In this document: positions 12,001 to 21,945 of the stretch, one piece after another | How the letters are laid out: each line of letters starts with the position of its first letter | How positions within the stretch are numbered: position 1 is the stretch's first letter | Assembly (NCBI GenBank): GCA_013115145.1 | Contig: JAAPAO010000082.1 | Span: 1 to 64,000, forward strand | Length of the DNA: 64,000 nt | Source: Perkinsus chesapeaki ATCC PRA-425 | Taxonomy: Eukaryota; Protista; Perkinsozoa | Direction of reading: 5' to 3' | Notes under the pieces: generated by a model | What the model was told of the DNA's origin: nothing | Seen by the model: only the letters and a program-made list of their open reading frames with translations | Database searches by the model: none | Translations under genes and position numbers: made by a program

Positions 12001-13576
12001 TATGGCATGAACGTAATGACGTCTGTTGGTACTGCTGCTGGATGACAACTTATCAGTTCCACATTGATAGTGGTTGGTCGGATGATACAGCACCCCCACC
12101 GGACGTGGACACATGGACCAATATGGAGAATTGGACCACTACGTAAGCCAAGCCGTCACCTCTCACCGGCGTCAGCAACAGTAGCAGTGGCGTCCTGTGG
12201 ATTCAGGTTCTGTCGGCTACAGCCCTTTGCCCTGGCTGATCAACTCGCTCAACCATCTCGATTGAGTCAGTTCAGTACCCTTAACTTGGAGGCGTTGAGC
12301 TCCCTTCTGTGGGCTCTGGCTGGGGCGCGAATATGGAATGAGAAACTGGTAAGCCGCATTCAGGGAATAGGTACCAAACTTCCTTCAGATCCTCTATACA
12401 TGTGCCCATCTAGTAAATCGCCTCGAGGGGACGAAGGATGGCCATGATGGGTCGACAGTTGGCCAGTCGTTGGTGCGTGCACTTTGGTCACTGGGTATGC
12501 TTAATGCGCCATTGATGAAGTTTGGGAAGGCTGTGGTTGCTCTGGTTCATGAGCTCGACAGGAGGGTGAGCTAGTGCAGCATGCATTATAAAGTGGTATG
12601 GCTTGTTCAGATCGACACCCTTTCCCCATCGGATCTGGTCAACCTCATCACCGCCTTATCAGTTTTTGTGTAAGTTTTGTCTCGCCTTGAGACTGTCCAA
12701 GTGCTGCTGCTGCCTGTTTAGGCCCACAACACTTCTGAAGTGCCATGGTGGGCCTGAGCTCCTCAATACTGCATGTGGCAAGCTGGTCGAGGCTCTTACT
12801 GGTCAGCTAAGCAAAGCCTATCGACCAGATTGGATGGCCACCGCTGCGAAGTCCCTATATTTCGCCAGGGTCGTGGCCCAGGTTGGTTGCCAGTCTGATT
12901 CCTCCCCGTCAGGCGAGACTCTCAGGTGCCTCCCTCTTCGGGACTCACCGACGCATCGCTAAGTGCGATACTCAGCAGTCGGAAATGTGGTCCTCTTCCC
13001 AGACTGTCAATGAAGGCTGCCACTCAACTTGAAGTGGTATGCCATGGAGTTAAGGCAGATGGGATACAAGTGAAGTAGGTTTGGCATAGGGCGCAGGTTC
13101 GATCCCCGGTCACTCCATTTTTCCAGGGCGATGGTCCTCGGGCTCTTTCCATATGATGTCTTTTATGCTGAAACTAAGGAGGTCCTCGAGATTGAGCGGC
13201 CGAATGAGTTCATCAGGACGGTACAGGTGAGCCGGCCTCTCAGACACTTATATCATCTCCAATTAGGGCACCATCACTTCCGTGTGTGGCTGGACCCAAC
13301 TTGTTCGAGAGTGCCTATCAGGGTTGGGCTTCCGGATAACCTCGATATCGCAGGGTGAATGGGCAGCTTTGATGCTACCACCAACGATGATGGCATCCGC
13401 TGCTGACCAGCTCACAGCTCAGGCAATAACCATCTTCATGCTTCACCACTCTACCATAAACATGCCTTTCAGATTAAATATGTAAAATCTAGGATGAGAT
13501 CTTCAGCCCGGCCGAAGGTATCAGAGATACCATTACTGATCAGAGGTCGCAGCCGGACCAGGAGCGGCAGCAGTAG
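9040..13576 (+). CDS. Helical-repeat (HPR/FASTK-like) protein with C-terminal RAP domain, many exons; start uncertain
   Basis: Repeats such as WTNEELITVFKALAEI, MSTSELSQMASS, LEALSSLLWALAGARI; RAP-like end MELRQMGYK..FPYDVF..VLEIERPNEF..LSGLGFRITSISQGEW. Confidence 0.7.
10506..10577 (-). pseudogene. Decayed tRNA-like element (Asn/Asp-like), antisense inside the intron at 10489-10581
   Basis: GGCACCT-TG-GCTTAACAGTACAGC-A-CCTAG-CTGTCAT-CCAGA-AGGCC-GTTGG-TTCGATC-CTCCC-TCCTCTT-C: 72-nt spacing, paired D stem, canonical loops, degenerate acceptor and T stems. Confidence 0.55.
13046..13117 (+). pseudogene. tRNA-like relic straddling an exon/intron boundary of the RAP gene
   Basis: GGAGTTA...GCAGG-TTCGATC-CCCGG-TCACTCC-A then TTTTT; ends pair 6/7 at 72-nt spacing; B-box, 3' acceptor strand and T-run lie in the intron at 13070-13126. 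Confidence 0.5.
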
Positions 13577-13758
13577 CTCAGCGAGCAGCCGATCGTCCTC
13601 CTCATCTAGCAGTAAGTTAGCTGATAACATCATAATAGGAGTGATCGGTGAACAGGTGGCTCCTCCTCATCATCGGGCAGCAGCAGCAATTACTGATGAA
13701 CGTTTCTTATTCATTAATTGTTTAGTTTACTAGTTCAACGCAACACTTGACGAAGTCG

Positions 13759-15236
13759 TTACAACTCGTCTACGTCGCCAAGCAAAGGCTTCTGCATTAT
13801 CATGTGAATCTGTAAAGGCCAAGCCGGGCCGTGTTCTCCGTGCTCCTCCAGCATTATCTCAGCCTCGGACCACGAGTTGGCGTTCATGCCTAACTGAGCC
13901 CCGAGAGTCAATTGCATGGTACCTGAGGATGCCAGAGTGCTCAATTGAGATCATCAAGTTGCACCTGGTGCCCATTTATCCTTTACGCGGAACCCTGCAC
14001 GCTGGGCGAGGGCGATGGCTCCTTTGAGGCTCCAACGGGTGTAATCCGCCACTTTGCCCTTACCACTGTTGACTTGAGAGAAGAAAGAGGAGCTCCACAC
14101 GACCAGACCGCCGGGCGCTGTTATCTGAATAATAATATCGTACCAGTCGAAGGCGCTGCCGACTCACTCTGAATAGATCCTTCATTGTGCTCTCCGGATC
14201 ACTAGAACGAGCAGCATCGTTATGCGCTAACACTAGGCTATAATGGTCAGCTGGAATGTCCCCGTAAGGTCTATCCGCTGTTACTAGATAACCATTGCCA
14301 TTCTTGGTTGCCTTCCCACTGGTATAAGCAATTGAAGCCTCCTCCTCTTTACAATAGCTTTCAAATATACCATTTATTTCATCTATGCCATGCCAGGCGA
14401 GGCATCTTCCAATGCTAGCTATATCAGTTGTATTTGCAACCTGCTGTGCCACATACACCCAGCGATCGCGTTGCCGACGCTCTATTAGGAATTCATCCAT
14501 CCTCGAGTGGAACGTGCTCTCGTCAACCGTTCGCACCCAATCTGGGAAGCCTGGATCCTCGAGGCCCTTCATATGCCAGTGAGGCCTTATCGGCAGCAGT
14601 TTAGCACCAAACATGCCATTGTACCAAACTTCGAAAGCCATCATAACACAATCTTCCTGAGACCAGCAAGGGCGCTCAGATCGCTGGGGGAGGGAGGGTC
14701 CTGGAAACCGGTCCAAGCCTTGCAGTAACCTCCTCATCTCTCCGTGGCGGAATCCAAGCACACGTTGCAACCTGACACGGGTGATTTGGTCTAGTCGTTA
14801 AGATGGTATACTTCCGTACGAATGGGCTCGGGATCGATCCCCGGAACCGTTATATCCGAAAAACTACCTATTCCTCCGTAAGACGATTATTTGCTTACTT
14901 TGAATATGCCTCGACTCTCTCCACAGCTGTTGGTTCTCTATCGAGATCATTAATATCCGCTTCAGCATTCGAGCAACACTCTTTTATCCGTTCCTGCGAC
15001 CAATGTAATGAGCATCCTCTCCAGTGATGTATGCAACATTGGTTAACCCATGACATCCGACTGCCGGGCATCAGGCTGAAACACCGCCCCGTTTCCTCGA
15101 CAACACTTTCGCCTTGTGTCTCTTCACTATATTCGTTATCTTCGTTGTGTAACGATTCGTTTTCTTCCTCTACAACTTCCATGTACTCGCTTGCTCCGAC
15201 CGCAGCAACAACAAACCCAAGCCGCAAAAGTAACAT
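13759..15236 (-). CDS. Signal-peptide protein with a class I SAM-methyltransferase-like C-terminal domain, multi-exon
   Basis: MLLLRLGFVVAAVGA signal; Cys-rich N-domain; DHYSLVLAHNDAARSSDPESTMKDLFR and DYTRWSLKGAIALAQRAGFRV resemble type-11 methyltransferase motifs. Confidence 0.5.
14780..14852 (+). pseudogene. Decayed tRNA-Gly(TCC)/Glu-like element, antisense inside the intron at 14772-14898
   Basis: TG-GTCT-AGTCGTTA-AGAT-G-GTATA-CTTCCGT-ACGAA-TGGGC-TCGGG-ATCGATC-CCCGG-AACCGTT-A; D and T stems pair, anticodon and acceptor stems decayed. Confidence 0.65.
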
Positions 15237-15364
15237 CCCGACAACTGGGTAGGTTCGTCACGCTCAGCCCCTCATTCGACAACACAACTGGTAACAGTGT
15301 GTACTTGAAACGATAATAATAGAAACGATTGGTGACCATGCTGATGCAGGTTGATGAATTTCAA

Positions 15365-16428
15365 CTAACGCTTAGAAGCGTTATCGTCAAAATAGGTTTC
15401 GATGATCTCGAGGAGGGAGTCGGTCTGCTGGATGCCTCGTGTAACTTGGAAATCTATAACCTGGGTCTTCGGGCAGTTCCTACAATGGACACTTGACGCT
15501 GCACTAACAAAGAGGATCAACCAACCTGTAGAAGTCCAGCAAAGGTTCCTCCTTCTCAAAGTGCAACTCGAGCCTGTGTTGGATAATATCATCGGAGTCG
15601 TCATCTCGCCTTATCTGGATGCAAACAGCGATTCGCCACTATGTGAAATGAAGCACACTGACAAGGCCCGATCCACACGTATCGCAAATCCCTTCCAGCT
15701 TGGGCAGCATCGGTGGCATGTCATACTGGCCATAGCGGATGTCGGCCAAGTTGTAATTATCTCCGCAACCGCCACATATGCGACGAGAAGCCAGCTTGTG
15801 GACAAGCACCTGACCACCGTTCTTATGAAGGGTGCCTATCCCAGTGACAATACCGATCTAGCGAGACTGATGTTGATGACCAACTCTGGGTTACCATCAC
15901 CCATGGCCAGGTCTGACCACATCTTGGCTTGCTCTAAGACTCTTGGAAAACCATCCAAAATGTATCCATTAACACGGGAAGATGCATTGAGCTTTGATAT
16001 CTATTGATAGAATATATAAACTGCCATCGTCTAAGGATGGTAAACACTTGCCTCATGTTGCATCATGCTTACACTGTGCTCGGATGGGACCATCATACCT
16101 AAACACGCCACCTTGGTCCACAGTTAAGGAAGTGACGAGCTCACCCTTATCAAGGAAAGGTTTAGCCAAGTTGCCAAGGGAGCTGCCGGCTTTGACATGA
16201 GCCCTTAGGAGCTCACCGGCACTCAGATGCTTTAGATTAAGCCGCGGAGCAATCCTTTTGGCGAAGGTGCCTTTACCTACAACAATACAAGTTCATCGCT
16301 TCAGGTGAGCAAGCGCTTTGATGTAAACAACCGTTAGTGGGACCAATGTCCATGGGAGTGAGTTAACATAACACGTACAGTTATGACTTACCAACGCCCG
16401 GAGCTCCTAGGAAAAGTACCTTCTTCAT
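15365..16428 (-). CDS. adk: Adenylate kinase with zinc-finger-type LID, multi-exon
   Basis: MKKVLFLGAPGVGKGTFAKR (P-loop), HLSAGELLR, GYILDGFPR, RRICGGCG..ICDTCGS. Confidence 0.93.
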
Positions 16429-16533
16429 TGGAAGTTGTTCACAGTAAGCGCCGCTCGAACAAACTGTGATCGATCATAATGGCGCGCGCTAAATCAAAAT
16501 GCGCCGAAGATGCCGATTCGGCGTAGAAAATTG

Positions 16534-16640
16534 GGTGAATTGGTCTAGTTGAGATGGCAAGCTTTGGATGTTGATAACAATTATATTCCACCGATAACTC
16601 TTTATATTAGAGATCGCGGGTTCGTCCCCCCATTTGGTAG
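16534..16640 (+). pseudogene. Possible tRNA-Pro(TGG)-like relic carrying an insertion of roughly 35-40 nt
   Basis: A-box TGGTCTAGTTG, loop GCTTTGGATG (compare Pro GCTTTGGGTG), then AGAGATCGCGGGTTCGTCCCC after an AT-rich insert. Confidence 0.35.
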
Positions 16641-16699
16641 TGCTGCAGTTGTGTTTTATTAATGTCGCCTCCAACTGATTTTGTTAAATTAGCATCACG

Positions 16700-18488
16700 A
16701 CTGTTCTTGGCAAAGGATGATATTCCTGTTCAAGATCATACACCTATTGCCGATATGTTCACATTTTATCCAATTGAAAGTGTTATAGTAATGAAGAAGG
16801 GCCTAGAGTTGGGCATGATCAGCAGGTAGGCAGAGTATCCAGTCTTATCCCTTGTCATTCTCAACATCTCAGCACCATCCTATTAGTGCATTGTTTTTGT
16901 ATTATCCTGAGCAACTGGCCTTCTGGCGGTATGTTAACCTCCGATGAATCTTTTATGGACAAGCTACTACTTTTGCTTTGTGTAAGTCGTTTATTCATTC
17001 GCACAAGTATCGTCCTCATCATCAGAGTTTGAGGATTCTGATAGCCCTCCCGAGGCCTCTATTCTGGTTCAAGACGCGTCGAGAGTTCACCGAGGCTCGG
17101 TAGGCATTCCAGTACACCTCTTTGACCAATGAGCCCTTGTGAAGGTACATGGCGACTCCACAACAAGTGACTGAGCGACTAATTGACATATATTCCCATC
17201 CGTATAAGCTGGAGCGGACCCTGTTGTATACCTACTATGTTTGGCTTGGATGTGTCACCGCCTTATTATGGCTAACACCCATAACTGTACCACATAGCGT
17301 CCAATTCGCAAAGGTACTAAGTGGGGACAGTTGCACGGGAGTGGTTAGCAGAGTTGTTTCATTTCCCCGAAATGGGCTTATTTTACAAAAATAGCCGACT
17401 CACTGTCTCCTTCTTATGAGAAATGACAATATCTCCTATTATCTGCATCTAGATGCACTTTGCCTTTTTGCTTGTATGTTGTAGTATGGCATTAGTTGAC
17501 ATTGTTATGCGGTTGATTCCCCATAGATTGAAGGATACCCAACTGTTAGAACTGCGTAATTTTTCCTCGCCGTTGGGCCAAACCTCGTTTTTATCAGCAT
17601 CTCTTTTATTGTGCTCCGTGGCTTTAATTCAATTTCTTAACTCTAGCAACTGTCAGCTAGATTTGGTCGGCCATTGTAATAAATGTATCAGTACAACTGA
17701 CCTGCGAGTTCCCAGAAACTAGTACCCTCCAAAGCTAATGCTCTGTTGCTCCCACTAGCACTGCATTATGTTGTGCATGACCAATAGCTGTATATGGTAT
17801 ACCTTTGTATTCAAATGATACATCTACCGTAGATGGCTTAAAGTATCAGTAAGTAGATGATCTACCCCATCTATTATAGAGCATTGTTAAACTTCTAAAC
17901 AGCCTACTCGTTTGAATTTCCTCCAGTCTCAGCAATGCTCGTCATCCCTTCAGACACTATGGCGGCACATCATGTTAAATATAGCGTCCTTGGTATTCCA
18001 TAGAGTTGCTTGTGTAAGCCTATTTTACTGGCTGATGGAGTCCGAATTCAAAAGGGGTATACCAGCTGATGTTCTTGATAAGTTCACCGATGTAAGATCC
18101 CCGCTTCAACCTTTGATATCATCTTCATCATAACCGTCACCACAGGTATCAGTCTACCATAAGGGGTGGTTGTCGTCTGTCGAGAAGGAAGTTGAAGAAT
18201 CCCCCAAAGCAACGACAGTCGAGGATCGTATGGTTGTTAAAGATCATATGTACACTGATAACGAGTGTTCGATTTGTTACGCAGACTTCCAAGATGGAGA
18301 TAAGATTCGTGGCCTTCGATGTGGGCATGATTTCCATGCTTCCTGTGTTGACGTTTGGTTATTAGAGCATCATAACAGGTAATGGGATTGTTGTACATAG
18401 CAGTGCTTGTTATCATCATCTCAGATGCCCTTTATGCCTAAGTCTTGTTGGGCCAGCAGCAGTTGGATCATCTAACCATCATGATTAG
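16700..18488 (+). CDS. Multi-pass membrane RING-H2 E3 ubiquitin ligase; start uncertain
   Basis: Hydrophobic exons (YVWLGCVTALLWL etc.) then ECSICYADFQDGDKIRGLRCGHDFHASCVDVWLLEHHNR|CPLC. Confidence 0.75.
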
Positions 18489-18661
18489 TTTGCCTTGCTA
18501 ATATTTTATTATTTTCTTTACCATATCGCTTGTCAAATAGTCTTAACGTTTCAATAACCTGCCTGCTTTGACTTAGTAACACAACAGTAAGTATTATATA
18601 AGGAACAATGTAAAGGACGTTTATGATGGTAAAACTGCTGTAGATCAAGTCAACCATCACC

Positions 18662-20496
18662 TCACTTGCCAGCTTTGGCTTTTGCTTCTTTCTTCTTTTG
18701 TATCAACTTAGCAGCCTTCTGATCTCGACTTGCCTTACCAAACTCTATCCTCGACAGTAGTTTAGCATGTTTCTTGCTCAACATACTCTTCTGTAGTTCC
18801 ATCTTCTCCTGTGCCTTGGCCTCAACTCTCTTAGCAAGCTCCTTCTTCCTTTCAGCCTCCTCTTCAGCCTCAGTAATCCTTTCCTTAACCTCCTTATCAC
18901 GCATCTCTGCCTTAACATCCCTCAAGTAGTCCCTTTCAGCCAACCGATCATCAACCTCATCGGTCATATCCATAGCCTCAGCAGTAGCCTTAAGTAGGCC
19001 CTGGGTGTTCCTCTTACCGGCCATAGCACTGACCATATCATCCAGGACCTTACGTCTGTCGGGAACATAACCTTCGCCACTGTCATCGACAAATGGTGAT
19101 AGATGCGGCGGAAGAGCCTTGCCTAGACCGTACTCTCCAACTGGCAATAATATGCCTTCATTGAAGGAATCCAATACCCATTGGGGCTGCACTACATCTC
19201 TATCATGATCCTCGGTATCAAAACCATCAGGTACCATAGGTCTGTCTATAACACAGTGGGTGATGTCCTCATCGTTCATATCCTCCTTTAACCATTTAAC
19301 CTCAGCCCCGCCAGCAGCCAATACAGTGTAGATGGGAGCCAATGCAACCTCTCGTGAGATCCAGAACACCAAACCTTTGAATATACCCTTCTTTGCCTTA
19401 TTATCATCCCCATCTATCTCCATGGTCTTCGGGGCCTTATCCACCTTAATGGTAGCAAGTGTAGTGCTGGAGGTGTCGGCACGCTCATCAGACATAGGGG
19501 CGTGGGTAGGGGGATACCGCCAGCCTACTTCCTTGTACAGCTTGAAGTTGACGAATTTAAGAAGGGTTCGGTACCTACCGGAGTGCAGCTGGAGGATGCT
19601 GTATTGTTAGTAGTACTACCATTCACCGAAGGTGTTGAGGACGTTCATATCAACTTCAGCAGGGAAACGTGGGGCAAAATTATGAGGCTGTAGCCAGCAC
19701 ACCACAGCACCCTAATAGGAAGGAGAATACAATAGTAGAAGAGCTGGTGGTAGTAGTTTTACATAGGGCAACTGAGCCTCAAAGTAGTATCCCTTGATGG
19801 ATGCAAAGATCTTTGTCAAACGACCAGTATGAATAACGTAGAAAAGGAACTCATCGTAGAGACGACGAGCCTCAGCCACCTGAGTTGATAACAGTGACGG
19901 GGATGATATGAGTGTGTTGCTCCTTACCTGCTCAGGCTTGATTCTCTTAAGCTGGTCCGCTGGCAAATGAGCGAACATAGCCATGGAGGCAACACAGTCA
20001 TCGAGATCACGGAGAGCGGCATCGAACGTAGGATATCTTTTACAGGCGTTATTACGCGGGTAGACCTTAGATACGCCCTTATTACCTTTCCTTAATGAGA
20101 TGGCTAAGATCCTGTTTAGGTTTATGGTACTTCTCCAAAGTACGGCCTCTCTTATACTCCTTTCTGGCCATCATACGTCTATGCTTTTTGAGGTAAGCTT
20201 GAGTAGAGTATGATGTATTCACCAAAGGGTCTTGCATAAGGAATGTGATATCCTTCACATGATAGTACCTGACCAATGCCCCATAGGTACCCAAGTTGAC
20301 CTATTTTGTATCTTTCCCTCTCCTACGTCTTATCAGCGCCTTGAAGCTTTCTCTTAGGCTCTCTAGGATAAACGCCCTTAAGAATACAAAGACGTCTGAA
20401 CTCCTGCAAAGAGAGCTGCAGCCGCTTGAGAGCCTGGGCCCTGGTTATGTAGTGGGCCGAGGAACCCTTCTTGCCGGCCTTCATCCGCTTCACCAT
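18662..20496 (-). CDS. PES1: Pescadillo homolog (Nop7/PES1), multi-exon
   Basis: [41 protein letters not shown]; TYYHVKDI-like segment; BRCT region [32 protein letters not shown]. Confidence 0.95.
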
Positions 20497-20683
20497 GATG
20501 GTTAAGAGGGGTTTAGATTACAGACTAACAAAAGGGAGAATACGATATCAGGAATATAGCGGATACAGTGGGGAGAGAACAATGGCAAATTGGATGGAGC
20601 GGGGCAATGCAAACCATAGGGAGGAACGATGGGCCTTGTGCTTGCCTGAGATATTCGTACGCGAGAACAGACGGTAGCGCACG

Positions 20684-20743
20684 CCCACGGTATAATGGCA
20701 AGCTGAATATCAAAAAGCCCAGGTTCGATCCCCGGCAGGGTTA
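20684..20743 (+). pseudogene. Intergenic tRNA-like relic lacking a full anticodon arm
   Basis: GGTATAATGG (A-box-like)...CCAGG-TTCGATC-CCCGG-CAGGGTT-A-G-TTTT. Confidence 0.45.
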
Positions 20744-20799
20744 GTTTTATACTTGGTAAATTAACACAAGGCGTTGATGGGAATCATACGAATTAAATA

Positions 20800-21587
20800 T
20801 CTTTACATCTTGCATGGGCATCTGCCACGTGATAGAGTGATTGGAGAGCTTGTAATGCTGATCTGGAATCGTATAGATCACCTGTGACACAAACCGTGCT
20901 GCTGCGTCACAGCAGCCGCTGGCAGGTGCATCCTACAAGTCAAGATGGGGCTTCCAGGCAGCATAGATTCCAACACTTGGTACAGGGAATCGGCAATTGC
21001 CGATGGATCCCCGACAGATGAGTCGTTACCACGATACAGAAGGAGGAGCGCCACCACCTGGATACCATGGGGCACAACTCTGGCATGCGGGGTGCCTCAC
21101 TTGCGGTCGGCCCTCAGTCGAGCACGCTAATATTCGCTCCAACCACCCTGTTGTCGATGTCAGCATTCGATCCATAGCGGCCGCCGACACTGTGACCACG
21201 ACAGCGGTGAGAGCGGAGCTGCTTATTAGGCTATCAATTTGGGTGGAGTATCTAGACACACCAGTCTGTGCATGCGTGCAGCTTGATGCCCCACCTGCTA
21301 TAGTCATGACTGCATTCCATTAGCGTCATCCTCACAACATCCTCCGATCCCTCTGGACACAACAGGCATGTCGAAGCCCTCCAACCGTCGCTGTCCGGCG
21401 AGCAACCTGCAAACTATAGAGACAATCGTGGCTTAAGTTCGAGCCTACCTTTGCCACTGATGATGCTGACTCTGCCGGCATTCGAAAGGGCCTCAGTTAC
21501 AAAGTCTGACTTGTTGCTCTCCTTATCGCCTAGGATACATAACCGAAACGACTTGTGGTAGTAATGGTCGGCGCCACCGCCGCTCAT
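20800..21587 (-). CDS. Divergent Ras/Rab-fold-like protein with degenerate P-loop; end approximate
   Basis: SFRLCILGDKESNKSDFV (G1-like), VVRMTLMEC (G3 position), ALTAVVVTV..TGWLERI. Confidence 0.35.
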
Positions 21588-21945
21588 TGACCCTTGCCCG
21601 ACATGCTCTGATCCGGCAACAGACATGAGCCAACCTAGGACTGAGATGGTCGATGAGGTAGTGCCAAGTTCGCGGGTTACACAGATGCTGACCACTTCAC
21701 TGAGAACTCAACAGGGAGCGTTTCATCATGACAACGACAAGGTAAAAACATCATTATCATCAACAGTGACATGCGACATGGAATGAATCACCATCACTAC
21801 ATTGCCATCCACACACTAACGCACAACTGAGGATATGTTGTCATTATCGACAACTACTATCACCAACTACACGAAGAACAACTTAAAAAGAGAAAGAAGG
21901 TTTAAAAATGAATCCACCGCCAAGGTAATCCTTCACCACCTTCTT

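Noticed and set aside
15402-16007. 201-aa plus-strand ORF
   Set aside because: Antisense shadow of the spliced adenylate kinase gene.
17827-17845. ACCGTAGATGGCTTAAAG as a relic of the Perkinsus spliced leader (ACCGTAGCCATCTTGGCTCAAG)
   Set aside because: Only a 7-nt exact match plus a gapped partial match, inside a gene rather than upstream of a start codon.
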